From Ostrea edulis (Eukaryota): a stretch of 64,000 bases of DNA. The notes under the pieces were generated by a model. The model made no database searches. It was not told where the DNA came from and worked only from the letters and a program-made list of their open reading frames with translations. Within the stretch, counting starts at the first letter, position 1; each line of letters starts with the position of its first letter. Position numbers and translations under genes: made by a program. The stretch is from the NCBI RefSeq assembly GCF_947568905.1, contig NC_079173.1:38378001-38442000 (forward strand), written 5' to 3'. Below, one piece after another: positions 45,971 to 60,200 of this stretch.

Positions 45971-48900
45971 TAAATACAGACAATTTGCATCGAGGATTCT
46001 CTCGCCTATATATTAAGATATTTCTTATGATGGCACATGACTTCGTTGATCACGTGACGGCCATTTATAAGTGTTTGAAATGTTCACATAAATCGTTTCA
46101 GCTCAACTGAGTAGTCAATTATTTATAACTCTTTGTTTTATAACTAAACTCACCGAATTCTTGTATACCCGAATTGTGATTGGGAAAAGTGGTAGTATTA
46201 CTTCGGTACAAAATACACGTATTTCATGAGGAGTTCACATGACCGAAACACTTTCCGAAACTTACCGACACATTCCTGTATTCAAACAAAGCCATCACAC
46301 AATTAACCCAAGCACACTTCACTTAGAGAACAAACTCCTAATGATTTCCGTGAAAAGATCTCAAATCAATCCTCATCAATTGTCTGTGCTAGACTCTTTT
46401 ATAAACACATCTTAAACTCTACCCTTAACCACTGGTATAAAACAGGGTACATTTCAAAAGTGTATTTTTTGAAAACATTTTGAAGAAGCTGAATTTCAAT
46501 CAAGGGTAATTAAGCAAACTATTCTAAAATATTTGGGCATATAATATTTTGCAATACAATTCAAGCACGTGAATTTTCCAATAACGTTCTGACATATAAA
46601 CAGGCAGTTTGAAATAAGGTCTAAAGTTTACATCTATCCTCGCCGCTTACGGCCATTGAGCAATGAGGATTTTTAGCGTACTACACCTACTGTGAAACAG
46701 GAAATTCGTTTTTAAGGTGACGAATGTGGTATACAGGATTTTTTTCAATCTATTGTTCAGTTTCTCATGTGTAGATGTTATTGGATGCCAATTTATCACT
46801 TCATCACAAAAATCACCCGTTTCAATAATAAAATTCCCAGGTCTTGGTCAACAGATTCTAGTATGTATGTAACTTTGAAAACCAAGTGTCATTATGACAC
46901 TTTGCAATGTATGTAGGGGTTGTATTAAATAGAACATTGCATTTTGAATATCGGAGCTGATCTTCGATTGATATATTTGATAATATTTCAAAAACCTTTA
47001 TATAGTATCATATCGACGTTGAATGTTCTAGTTTGTACCTTGTTCATCCACGTATGTCAAGCACGACAAAATACTTGGTAGAAAATATAGTGACTTTTAA
47101 GACATTGGTAAGCTAATAGCGACACTAAAGAAGAATTCCACCATATTTCCTCCCGATCCCCTGTCATATAAACCCCATATTTATTTGCCACATCTGACTG
47201 AATTAGCATCGAGCAGTGCACATCTTCGATAGTAATGTATCGGGTATGTGAAATACACGGAGTGCTTTAGTAAAATGGTATGTGTATGCTGAACAGGAGA
47301 ATAAAGATATTGAAAATAAGTAGTACAAATAGAAAACTTAATCATTTTAGGTGATAGTATGGATAATGTATTGGTGTTTTACACGTTTGCACCAGACCGC
47401 AGACGTTTGTAGTAAGCATGTCGAAATATGTAACAAATGTGTGTACACTCCTATAAGTTTATCAGGATAGTTTGATAGGACGAAATACTTAGAAAACATG
47501 AATTAACATTAAATAGAGATACTTAAGAACTACGATCCGCATTGCCATGTACAATAAGGAGATATATCAACAACATGTAAGTATTAATCTTCGACTACTA
47601 AGGACACGAGATGTGAAAATATATGATATTTATTTTGTTGATTTAAATATTTCACAATGTACAAATGAAAACTGCAATAAAGACGTTGTCACACCGTTAC
47701 ACAGACGGAGACACACAGCTTGTGCCGATCAGCTGTATTCAATCAGAGGAAAACATCATAGTAGAAAATATTTTCTGAACCAATGAAGCTTATTGACTAC
47801 TGACTCTCACTGTGGTTTATAGCAATCACATGTAGATGTGTCAATAGTGCTCTAATGTCTAAGTTATTTGATACCAATAATCATCATTGCGTACATCCTG
47901 AGGTCTACACAGAAAATACATAAGCGAGATTAAATAGGATGCTTTAGGGAAAAGTCAGCTTACGCTTGCACAAGAATATATTTTCACCACAGCTGATCGG
48001 AACATGGGTCAGACTCTTCCATCAAGCCTAGAAATGTTAACGGCAGGGTTGAAAAAAATCCAATCGATGTCCCTATTGCACTGGACCTTGACGGTGTGAC
48101 CTTTATTTGTAGATACGACGTAACAGGGTACATGTAGCAAGTGATGGCAGACATGGAGAGAGAACTCAGATTACGCATACACATGTACATGTTTATTGAA
48201 ATCAGATAATGTATGTCTTATAAAGAAGAATATTGATAGAAACAACGTTCTAGGTGTATTCTGTAAAGTTTCTTTCGTAATAAAAACAATTAATGTTATA
48301 GAGTGAACGCCAAATATAATGAACACTGATTAGTATCATAACTTCCAAAAAGAATGCAAAATAGGAAGTTGGGCAAACACGGGCCCCTGGATATACCCAC
48401 GTACCAGCACCACTTTACACGGAGCTTTTGTAATGAAAAGCGATATTGAAATTTGTGAGCATCGCTATTTTGTTGCCAAATCTAAATCAGTGGATTGGGT
48501 GCGTTTAAGAAACTCAAACGTTAACCTATTAACTGGACCACATTATATCCTCTGTTGAATTTGAACATTGATGTTCAAATGAAATACAAGGATGGCTCTA
48601 AGCTTCTCAGTTTAAAGATCAAAGTTACAAATATAAGATACGTGGGGCCTATGGGTCATTCCAGCCCTAACAGTGAGATTTGATGAACTATTGGATTTAG
48701 ATTATAAAAAAAACACTTTTCAACATATTTGTATTTGAGCATAACATATCAGGTCTCCATTAGGAATTCCTGTAGGCCACTTTATAAAGGACAACAATCG
48801 TGTTTGACATATCAGCAAGCGAATATGTCGGTGTCAGCGGCGGTGGGCCTTTTCGGAATTGAGCGTTTTGAGATTCAGTGTAAATATAGTGTGTATTGTT

Positions 48901-49149
48901 TACGGAACTTTGATTGTGAAATCGCTGGATTCAGTAGGTTGGTTGAGTATTTGTTTTTTGTTCTGTCGAAAATTCAGAAATGCCTTGTCAACTGCTGCTC
49001 CACTATTTATCCATGTTGTCCGTCTTCTCGTATATAAATTATGTACATTTATATATTTCAATGCCTGCACTAACTAGGTCAACTTCTTGAAACGAATGAA
49101 TAAAAAAAATCAGTTATATTCAGACATCACCAGCTTTGGTGAAGTGTCA

Positions 49150-49405
49150 CACAGTTAGACCTATGGCTAGCGCGTACGGCCGTTTCAAGATTTATATAAA
49201 AAAAAATTGCCAACACTCTCTGCTACACCGGACCTCTGTAATTTAGGTCATATCTGAAAGACCCGTGTTCTCACTTCGAAGTTATACGCCTTTGGCGAAG
49301 GAGCAATCACAACTGATATATTGATACAGACATGGCACGAGTGAGTCTCGAACTCACAACCTCCCAGTTATGATGCAAACGCTCTACCATGGAGCTTACC
49401 GTGAC
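49150..49405 (-). mobile_element. tRNA-derived SINE with recognisable A and B boxes
   Basis: Minus strand: TGGTAGAGCGTTTGCATC...GTGAGTTCGAGACTC, then TGATTGCTCCTTCGCCAAA...GGGTCTTTCAGATATGACC body. Confidence 0.7.
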
Positions 49406-49909
49406 GCCGAGCTCAAAATTTGTATTGATCGATTATTTGGAATTCCAAATTTCATTTTTCTGCATTTTGTAAATTCTAAACCTTTTTGAAAAATAAATCC
49501 TTTATACTACTATTATTGTATCAATTTAAAAGGGAATTATAGTAATACTTTTTTTTTTATATCGGCGTACTCATATCTACAGATTGAAGAAAACGAGAAA
49601 GGTGATGCGTACGTTTGCTACAATGAAAAAGATCGTTATATCCATACACATATAATTTAAGCAGTTTAAGTCCTTATATATCCTGCAATATATGATAAAT
49701 GCACTATGTAGCTATTGGAGACGCATTTCGCGAGTTTTGTTGCTTCCTTCTGGTCACTAATGGTGTACGCAGATGTATTTTGTTCTGATACAGATGTTTT
49801 ATAATACATCAGTTAAAAGATTATTTAGATTACATGGATACATATACCAGATAGCATGCCTGTCGTTGAGACCAGACCAGTGTCTGTAACCCTAAAGGTA
49901 TTTTTTTAC

Positions 49910-50094
49910 CTGAATCACAAACTACTTCTTGAAGTGAAATGTATTTCAGCAACGTTTCGTTTAAATTAAGAGGGTTTTGACAGGAAGGTTCCGTACTCCA
50001 CGAGTAGGGCTTTAACTGCAATCGCCTTGTTTTCATAAAGCGGATAAAGGAGACTACTTGGCAATCACAATGTAGAGGGTTTCCGCCTACTTCA
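49910..50094 (-). CDS. 185-bp exon encoding an LRR C-terminal cap (LRRCT) of a leucine-rich-repeat receptor-like gene
   Basis: tttttcag|T GAA GTA GGC GGA AAC CCT CTA CAT TGT GAT TGC ... TGT GAT TCA G|gtaaaa, giving EVGGNPLHCDCQVVSF...PSCQNPLNLNETLL...VVCDS (NPxxCDC...C..P...L.....C). Both splice sites are intact. Confidence 0.85.
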
Positions 50095-52049
50095 CTGAAA
50101 AAAAAAACAATCAAAGTCATAAATTGATAAACGAGAGAGTTGTATAAAGGAAGGTGAAGATAAGAAACAGTAACCAATCTCAACTCTTATATGTATTACA
50201 AATTAGAGAGTTGGGTAAACGCGGACCACTGCATATACCAGAGCTGCGATCAGGGGCCTAGGAGGAATAAGTATTCCCTGTCAACCGGTCACACCCACCA
50301 TGCACCCTATATCATGATCAGGTAAACGGAGTTATCGGTAGTCAAAATTAATGTGCCAATAATTTGAGCCAAGTAAATGTTGTATTGACGAACTAGATCG
50401 TTGTAACGACCATAATATATGCAAAATGCTGACTTTAAACGAGACTGAATAAAAAACCCTGCAGCTTTGACTTGTTTGTCAGTAGCCTCGATTTAAAAAC
50501 TGACAATCCACAGAACAAGGTTGTGCGAATGGAATCAGTTGAATGGAATCAGTTGAGATATATAGAAACCATATATGGGAAGTTGAATTCATAATAGAAT
50601 ATTGAAACACTACTACATCGGTGGTCTTTGGGAACATTGTCAGTGTTGTTCTATCGCCTGGGAGTTGTCTCCTCGCATAAGCTTCTCCACTGTTGTTTGG
50701 AAGTATTTTTATTGTATGTCAATTCAAGATCCAAGGAATATGTGTTACATAGGGTATGCTATGACATAAGAATGAAGTAGAATTGCATTCACGTGTAGAA
50801 GGTTTCGTGTTTGTCCTACGCTTCATTTCGTATTCTTTATAGGAATGATAAGATTAACCACTGTTCGTTAACTTCATGTTTGCAATCATCGTGAATAATC
50901 TGGGAAAATGCTGTTATTGAGTCATGAGTCTGTATTAGGTATAATGTCGAAGTAGACCTGCAGATCATGTTTCTTTTTCGATCAAGAAAAAAATATCCAG
51001 CTAAATATCATTTGAATTGTGAGAGATAATCTTTAATTCAAATGTTTTCTAAAGCATCTCTTCTAGATGCCTTGATAAAATTAATAGTATGAGAGATCAG
51101 TCGGAATCCTTTCTTCAGGCGAATGGAATATTTGATGTGCAGCTCTTTTTTTTTTTTTTTATCCCTTTTAGGAGTCACGGGATTGATCACTGTTGGTAAT
51201 CTATACCTCCCATTCATACATAATATGGCAACACACTATCTAATGAGGGTGTATGATTCTAATCTCCATACGGATAATATCATGGATTTTCAACAGATAA
51301 AGATCTTGATATTTTAAGTGAAATTATTCCTACATACCTAGTGTTAAATATACTTAAGTGTGTTAGGGATAATTGTGATCAACATTACACGGAAATATGA
51401 AGAAAACGAACTGTGATCAATGAAAACATAGAGAAAACGAGCAGAGAGTTATAGTGTCTATGCCGGTAGTGAGAGAGATGGAGTTACCTCCCTTGGATGA
51501 ATTATAGCATTCAAATGCTTGATGCGTTAAGAGTTAATGATGACATTGAAGTCTTGTATCATTAGGTCGAATGTTTTTTTTACCTGTATCATGCCAATTA
51601 TGAAGCTGTTATTTATATACTGATTTAACTAGGGTTACTCCATTGATCGGATCACTATAGTGGAATTATAGCGACTGTGACCTTTTAACAGGAGATGTTT
51701 GTTTCTTTTAGGCACCTGATCCCACATTTGAATGTTCTGTAATTGCATTTCTTTCATGAACATATCGGAGGAAATTATTTCACATGAAGGCATAAGCTGC
51801 TAGTCAAAGGTGATACTTTGAACACCACGTTCAGATACATTAAGGGTGATTCATTTACTATCAACATTAATCATCAAGTCGATATGTACATTACATATAC
51901 TGCAGAAACTTCTCAATAAAATATTCAGCAATTTTAAGATTTAAAAGGAAATCATATGATAAAATATATTTGGTATTCCGTAGCTTATTTTTGTTGCATA
52001 CTCATTGAAGTATCTAATGAAATAACAGAACAGTTTAAGTGAACATGTC

Positions 52050-53000
52050 ATTTAACATCATGAAGAAACAAAATACGTAATGGCGACATCAAACATGACT
52101 TTTGAAGCCCCTGTAACATCATCTTGTTTGTCAGTAGCTTGTCTCGATAAAAATGAATGATCATATGCAGCACAAGGTATTGCAGATCGAATCGGTTGAG
52201 GCATATATGCATCACATGCGAGTGATAATGGAATGATACTGCATAAATATGGTAAGTTGAGGATGGAGAATCTAAAATCACACCATTTTTCACAATGTTC
52301 CATTATCAGTTTGTCGCTAACATCTACATATATGTTCAAGAAAATAGGCAGATATGATGAAAACATGAGACAACCCGTTGTATCTTTTATTTCAAGTCCA
52401 ATGGGATATATCAAATCAGCACATGCATGATAATGAACATTTTTTAAAAGATAAAACGTTGTTCATAGATCTAAATGTTGAGTGAAGGCCACTACAAAGA
52501 AATATTTCCTATCAGTATGTACGTTTTTTAATAAGCTCAGCCTCGTAAACATACCAAGTAATGCATAAGTGCAATTTGTGCCCATGGGAATTCCAACAGA
52601 TTATTGGAAAACTCGACCCCTAAACACCACCATGACATTGCCAAGGCGAAACTCAAGCTGGTTATTAGTAACAACTTCATAGTTGTTTTATCAGAAATCA
52701 GAATGATGTTTCACACAGTGATTTTTCAATGACTTTTCAAAAGATATGAACATTTCCGTCTTCCATTTCTACTTGATAAACAACTGTCTATACCTATCGT
52801 GAGAACTATGCACGTAGCGTGTAGAAAAATCACACGTTTTCATTCTGTAGATTTTGGAACAGTTTGATTATTTCAAATTTACCAAAAGTTCTTCAGAATA
52901 GTTTAAAATCCATGTTTGGTTTACGCTACTTCTGGAATAGTTCATGATATAATACATTTGAAGTGTATCCAATGACAGGTTGCGATTTTTAGAACTCTAA
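52050..53000 (-). mobile_element. Long decayed Penelope-like RT fragment
   Basis: GRVFQ*SVGIPMGTNC..., then IYPIGLEIKDTT...SSYL...FRFSILNLPYLCSIIPLSLA (ORF 52058-52414), a degenerate RT palm/thumb. Confidence 0.8.
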
Positions 53001-54329
53001 AGGGCTGCGATGACAAAAACGTTTCTACCTCTTCATCATGGGAACAATTACATTCAAACAACAAGCATGACGTCATATTATTCTATTGAGAAGAAAAATG
53101 ACCAAACAATTGGTATGGAACACTTTGTAAAACACCCACCCTATGACAATCTGTATTTTCAAATATAATCATTATAAAGATGATATAATTTACGAAATGC
53201 TGACTTTTAAATGAGACTATTAAAACCCCTGCGACATCAACTGATATATTTCAAGCACGTCCCGATTAAAAATTCATCATTTTCACAACACGCTCTTGCG
53301 CAATGAATCAGTTGAGATACATAAACACCGTGTTCAGGTGATGATATAGGTGCTACCGTAAAGATGGCGATGGAAACGTTGAAGTTAATTAGCCTTTTGA
53401 TTATACTTTCAGTAACACATTAAAAAATGAAATATCCACATATAAAAGAAATGGGGAATATTCTGTGCCGCCTAGTATTGATAATTGAATGTGTTCTAAT
53501 GAAGCGACATATGAATGACATCGAATATTGTCTATAGATAGAAAAAATACACAGATCTGTGTAAATATATAGTTTAAGGGTACATGTATATTAAAGCATT
53601 TTTCTAATGGAGAGTTTTTTAAAAAAAATAAACGTATAGTAGTCACACATGAAATTGAAAAGAATAAACGTAGTGAATTTTGGTGAGCAATAATATAAGT
53701 TATGGCTAAAACATGTATGTGTGGAACGAATGAACAGCAAAAGTTAAACGTATTGATACAATTATACATGGCATACATATGGAAATAGCTGATACACATT
53801 CTCACAAATTCATGCATCAAACAGTTTTAAGGTATACAGAGTAAGTGATTGAAATGCAGGTGTGATTTGCAATGTATCTATCGTGCATGTGGAATGTACA
53901 ATGCACGATTAGTTAAGAACAATGAAATATAATCTCAATGACCTGCAGTACATTACTTATATAAACATAATTCATGAAATTATCCATAGCTATAGTCATT
54001 TCATCATTTTGAAAAAGAGAAACATGCATTAAAATATCAAGAGATTGCTTTTTTATGTCATTTACAGTCTCAAATTTCATAATCATGATTACTCTTAGTA
54101 TATACAAATTATCAAGTTGCATTGGAAATAACTGCTACCTATATCCCGAAGTATGGGATCTCTAAATTCGCCAACATATCAAATGTGCTATTTTGTACCG
54201 TTGTAATCTTATCGTGTGTGAGATCTCTGAATCGTAAAGATGTCCTGATTAACCTTTATTGATCATCGCTATAATGATAAAATATCATATTTTCTAAATT
54301 GATTCAATGCACGAGAGCATAGTGTTTGA

Positions 54330-54720
54330 ACTAACAATGACTTTAACCAGGGCATTTAGATACATCAATGATGATTTATCTATTATCCAACAATAATCCT
54401 TTTCATTAATATGTCGATTAGATATAACGTGCTCCAGTTATCTCCAAATAAAGAAGCTCATGTTCTTCACCCTCTGTTTCATATTCAGGTGTTTTATTTC
54501 CGGTATTATACAGAGATGATGATAGCAAACTACCATATGACCCCAATTATAAATTATTATTTCAGATTATCCACTATCACCATATGTTCAACAATATTCC
54601 ATTAAAACCTGGATATCGTATCCACCTGATCCGATGTTGCACCGCGTGCTCAATTTGGTCTGAATCAAAACAAGTTTTCAAAGTATCATTTCAAACGAAA
54701 GGGATGTATATGTGACAGCA
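54330..54720 (+). mobile_element. Penelope-like RT relic
   Basis: GCATTTAGATACATCAATGATG (FRYIDD-like) followed by degenerate thumb-region motifs. Confidence 0.55.
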
Positions 54721-57224
54721 CCTTGTATGCGAATTTGTTTTGAAATGTGACTCAATATTGAAATGGCACTACCGATCCTATATTTACGCATTTTATATCA
54801 AAGTATGAAAGTATTTTATGTACTCACTTTTAGATCATTTTTGTACTAGTTTCTTCAATGTATTTTGTGCTTTTAGGAAAGATGGTATATCACCTAGTCT
54901 AAAAATAAATGGTGATTTTGACAAAATGCATATTCCTAGTCTCTACGTGATATGCACATTTTTTCTTTTTAGAAATTTGCTTGTAGTAGTTTCCAATTCA
55001 CATGCAACTGTACTTGCTATTTATTTTCTTCAATGAAGTTTGTTCTTTAGGGAAAGTTTCCTATCACCTAATCTGAGAAATAGTACTCATTTTCATAAAA
55101 TACATGTCGCCACGCTCTACTTGATAAACGTACGTTCCTTCGAAAGTTGTTTCCAGTAATTTGTAATTCAGATTTAACTCTATTGTTGAAAGCATTAACA
55201 AAAAAACCCAAAAAACAACAACACACAATTCAGAAGCTGATTATCAAATACAAAACAGGAAACGCATCAAATTCGGTTAAACTTGTTATTCCACGAAGAT
55301 GTATCCCATTTATCCGTATTTGTAAAACCTAAGGTGACTGAAGGGGTTTTAAAAAAAACTTTCCTATTTTAAACAGTTATAAAACTATGTAAAATCGATT
55401 CTCTATTCCTTTTTCAAATCTCCCAATGTCTCCAGGAAAAGAATTGTATCTACGTTGCTAGATATACAGACCGCAAAACATACAACTACACCTATGGAAC
55501 GGTGAACAAACGTTGGAGGGTTTAGGAACAGACGGTTTTGTTTTTAAAACGAAAGCAGAACCCTGTGAACAGAGCAATGTTTAGTGAGAACGGAGCGGTT
55601 CTTTTCGAGAACGGAACGCGTTGCAACAGGATGGGAACGGACGGCATTGTGTGACTTCAAAAGCTGCATCTCACACACTGTCGGTACTTTTTATTCAATA
55701 TTCATAGACAGTGAGGAAACGGGGGGGGGGTGCCAAATAAATCTTTATCTCATTTAAGTTATAAATATCTAAAAATAGCAGTAACGTGGATGAACGTATA
55801 CTAATACATGCAGTAGTATGTGCCTTGGATTCCACATGACGATATTTACAAGCATCAACTATCATAAATAAAAAGCGGCATCTTTAATTTAAAAAACAAA
55901 AATCGCGTTAGGTCATATTGAATACGACTTCAATAACATTGTCACCCTTCAGTAAACGTGTTATTATTGTTTTCAATTACTTAGTGAAGATGTATTTTTG
56001 AAAGTGGAATTCAGTTTGTACATACATTACATACATTTCTAGTAAACTTTAAATCAATGATTGGTAATTATATAAATGTACATTGCAATGAATAAAGTGC
56101 ACACAACCGTTTAATTTTTTTTTATCACTTACATACTGTATTTAGATACTTTTAAAATAGTACAATTTAACTACAAATAAAGATTTATAATCAAAATCTG
56201 AACATCGTTAATAACAATTATTGTTATCATAAAAATGATTTGTTTTCTGTTTGAATTCGATAAGGTAATGTCCGCATTGTTTCAACGGACAGGGTGACTT
56301 ATCATGATGATTGATTGCACACGTGATTGTACCCATTCGGTACAAATACATGAAAGGACTTCAAAGACACCTGTCAAAATTTAGAAAGGGGTATCAAGGA
56401 AGCCAATTTCACCCGAGACGGAGACCTATAGGGTGGGCTCCTTGTCATGTCCCCCTTAAACTAGTAAATGCACACTGTTATGTTTGCAACTCCTAGTGTT
56501 TCGATCATTTCATGCCTATTTTAAAATTTGAAGACGACAAAAGCCACTTAAATATTAACACGTAAGCGATTATTTCCATTTTAATTTCACAACACTTTCA
56601 CTTAAACATACCAAAGTCATAGTAGTCTAGAACAAATACTACTTAAATAGATCTTATAATTCAACAGTTTGCTTCAAAATCCCCAAATTGATCAATTCAA
56701 AACAAAACACTGTACGAGTTGCTTTTCATGAACAGTACCATTATACTTATTTCTCTATTTCTGTTTCAAAATGAAAAATCCATTTTTACATAGTCTGCTG
56801 ATTACAATTCAAATCGTTGGTAAAAGTTGATTTACCATTAATCCCAAAATAAAATTATTTTCTAATGTGTGGTGTTCAATTCGTAATTTATCTGTAAACT
56901 TTTATGTGTTTGAACTACGAAAAGTCCAGCCTTGTGCAAATTTCAAAATATTGAGTAAAGTGAAGAGGAACTAGTTTAGTCTTCTTTTATTTCGACGAAG
57001 CGTTATGTTAACCTGCAATGGCTGACTGACGCGGAAAGTCTGAATGACCATTCAGGAACAAATGGTTGGAGCGAACGGACGGTTTTAGATATAAAAATTA
57101 AAAAGGTATTATTTGGCCTAAAAACAGAGCACTTTGGTCTTGGAACGGAACGCTGAATGGTATAATCGGAGCAGTTGTGGGAGGGGAACGGTTACTTTTT
57201 AGCTGACCTGCTTTGATTTTCTGA

Positions 57225-58200
57225 TGAAGCTGAGTTTATTCATAAACTTCTGAGAAGAAAAAAAAATCCTGTTAATTTTAACTTGACATTTAGAAAAGTG
57301 GACGATGTTTTGTCTATTAACAATAATCATTTTCATTTATACGGCGATCCAATATATTCCTGTGAACTCAAGATAAAAAACACCACGAAGTCCACCACAT
57401 CTACTTTTGATTAGGAACATTATATCAAATGGATATTAACGGCAAAATAACAACTCTATTTTATGACAAAGAATATAAAAATAGGTCAGCCAACAAAGGG
57501 GCACAATCTATGCTAATGGGAATTCCAACAGACTGTCGTGAGATCTGATCACGAAGACCTTGTCATAGAGGAACTCGAGCATTTTTTTGTTTAAATTTTA
57601 ACTTTGAAGTCATTGTGTATTGAATCAAAATGGCGTTTAGCGAAATGCTTTTTTAAGGACTGAACACTAGACACTATATTGAAGAAGCAACTGTTTATGA
57701 TGTCAAAATGTCCAGTCTTTCATTTATCGTGAGGAATGGTTGTATAACGTGTTGAAATATATACGTTTCGATGTTGTTGATCTGGGAAACGTTTTGTGAT
57801 TTAAAATTTCCTAAAAGTTTTAAAAGTTGTTTAAGAATCGACGAATTATTTTCTGGCATATGTTGTGACAACGTATGAAGGCAAAAATAACTCTCATAAA
57901 TCCTACAAGGAGTATGCTTGAAGTTTCTCCTTCAAAGGTGTCATGTTTTCGTGAGGATCAAAGAAATGCGCTTGATAGAACATTTACTGGGTCCAACAAT
58001 GTATATGTGTTTGTAAGGGTTTCGTCAAGTTTAGAATTCCAGTATACATATGGTAATTCGTATACATCTATCCCATTGACTGGGATACTAAATGTGTCTA
58101 AAACAAAAGCATGGTATTGAAGAATTTCATCTGTTGAAAGAGTAGTTAGAGTATAAGTACGATTATCAAATGGAGAATTAACGTCTCATCTAAACTAAAG
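57225..58200. mobile_element. Penelope-like RT relics in both orientations (57225-57460 +; 57480-58200 -)
   Basis: Plus strand: AEFIHKLLRRKK...FNLTFRKVDDVLSINNNHFH...IYSCELKIKNTTKSTTS. Minus strand: DEILQYHAFVLDTFSIPVNGIDVYELPYVYWNSKL and QSVGIPISIDCAPLLADL. Confidence 0.75.
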
Positions 58201-58462
58201 TATCACATATCATAACGTAGTCCGGGATCATTAACGCATACGATAGTATATACACTATAATGATTCATGACATGGTCAATGATTGAATTTCAAGTGATTG
58301 ATGTTGTGGTGTATGAGGATCTGAAAGACATTTTGAATCATTGACATGATGACGTAAACGAATCGAGAACATTATTAAATCCAAACAAGTTTTGATTAAT
58401 TCGTATCATTGAAAACATTTACTTGTCATACAAATGATCGGTATCGATATCGATCTACTTAG

Positions 58463-58530
58463 AATGTCTGTAGATTTGTCGATGCATCACAAATTCCAGT
58501 CGGTAATGTTGCTATTTTATTGTTATTTAG
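58463..58530 (-). pseudogene. Degenerate LRR exon (acceptor lost, donor reads CT instead of GT)
   Basis: CTA AAT AAC AAT AAA ATA GCA ACA TTA CCG ACT GGA ATT TGT GAT GCA TCG ACA AAT CTA CAG ACA TT|ctaagta = LNNNKIATLPTGICDASTNLQT(L), fitting LxxNxIxxLPxxxFxxLxxLxxL. Confidence 0.65.
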
Positions 58531-59061
58531 AATCGTAAAAAATCCATTTTAGCCTTGCTTAATCAACACTTCAATGATGAAATACTTTATTTAGTTAACA
58601 GATTCAATATGAATATCTATTTTTAGCCATAATAATTTCCGTTCATGTTGATTAGAAATTATCCAGTCAACTTGAAATAAGAACACCATAGACCTTTCTA
58701 CATTTGTTTAACATTCGGATCTTTTTCTTACAGAATACAGATAATTTTACATCATTCTCATTCGTTTTCTAATATATTCTTTTCTTGCAATTACTCTCAT
58801 TGTCATGGTGTATATGTTATACGAATAATTGATGTCTCTATAGAAACACGTATAATCTAGATAGCCGATATACCATCACTGACATATACGACAATACATG
58901 CACTATAAAGATTCGTGAAATAAATATTGATTCATACGTGTAGGAGGATCTGAATCAGAATCTTTAGCACATTAATATCCTTTTTTTCATAATCACCCTC
59001 ATTTACATTAACAGGATTCATCTGTTATACAGATAGCTTGTGTCTATTTAGATATACTTAA

Positions 59062-59133
59062 AATGTCTCTAGCTTCGTCAATGCATCCACGATTCTGTTC
59101 GATAACCTTGTTATTCCATGGAAACCCAGACCT
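59062..59133 (-). pseudogene. 72-bp phase-2 LRR exon with a mutated donor (TT instead of GT)
   Basis: tttttacgattcag|A GGT CTG GGT TTC CAT GGA ATA ACA AGG TTA TCG AAC AGA ATC GTG GAT GCA TTG ACG AAG CTA GAG ACA TT|ttaagta, exactly 72 nt, giving (L)GLGFHGITRLSNRIVDALTKLET(L). Confidence 0.65.
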
Positions 59134-59869
59134 CTGAATCGTAAAAACATCCTTATCAACTTTCTTTTATGAACGCTACAATGCTTAAACAAACTATTTT
59201 GTAAAGTGATTCAATATACAAAAACGTGGTATTTGCACTACACATGGCCTTAAATACGAGGCACCACTTGGGTCTTGATCTTTTTGTAAACCGAATTATG
59301 TCAGCAAAGAATAAATTTATTGATACCAAAATATGCTATATATACTCATTTTATGCAAACATATTTTCTAATGACAAAAGAAAATTTTGTTATATGAAAT
59401 TATTTTTCATTTGCCAATAAAAAAAATGATTTTTGTCTTAACAGAATTCAATTTTGTCAATTGGGTATGCAAACATCAACTTATTATGTAATACAAAATA
59501 GACTTTTGTTATTTAATTTGCTAATTATACATCAAAAGTCAGTTTAATGGTTCAACATTGAATGTGTTCACACTATTTAGACGTCAAATGAAGCTTTGTA
59601 CTCAAAATCCATTTTTGTATATACAAAATTGAGTCTTGTTTGACAAAAAATAAACTATCACAAGTGTAATACTTGCGTGAATATTCAACAAATATTTATT
59701 TACTACCATAGTATCCAAGTCTGATTAATCTTTACTAAAGAAAGGGCTAACTGAAAGAGTCTCTACCAATCGTTGATTGCCTTTCAAGTAAATGTAACAA
59801 AAATGAATTGTTATAAGAAAATGACATTTGTCTAAAGAGAGTATGTTTGTCATTTCTCCACTGAAGGAA

Positions 59870-60200
59870 TGTCAATACATAATTTCCTGTTTAATGTCAG
59901 CATTTTGCAACTTATATGGTCGTTATAATGATCTAGTTTGCAATACAACCTATCAATGGATGACATGCTCTCTGACGTCTTTCATACCAATTGTTAGGCC
60001 GTTATTGGTACGCTTATTCTATTTTTTTAATTTAAAACCTGATCGAGAAATGGGTCTCATAGAGGGTGTGACCGGTCGACAGGGAATGATTACGCCTCCT
60101 AGACAACGGATCTCACTTCTGGTGTATCGAGTGGTCCGTATTTCCCCAACTATTCAACTTGTATTCCTGATAAAAGTTATAAGATTGATCACTGTTTCTG
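59870..60200 (+). mobile_element. Penelope-like RT C-terminus + 3' UTR fragment
   Basis: SAFCNLYGRYNDLVCNTTYQW followed by the GGGTGTGACCGGTCGACAGGGAATG tail. Confidence 0.7.

Noticed and set aside
47964-48165. Possible LRRNT exon downstream of the LRRCT exon (…HTVKVQCNRDIDWIF/STLP…)
   Set aside because: It needs frameshifts, every frame has a stop before the GTAAGC donor, and there is no clear acceptor. Too weak to call.
57875-58120. 81-aa plus-strand ORF
   Set aside because: It is antisense to a Penelope-like RT relic.
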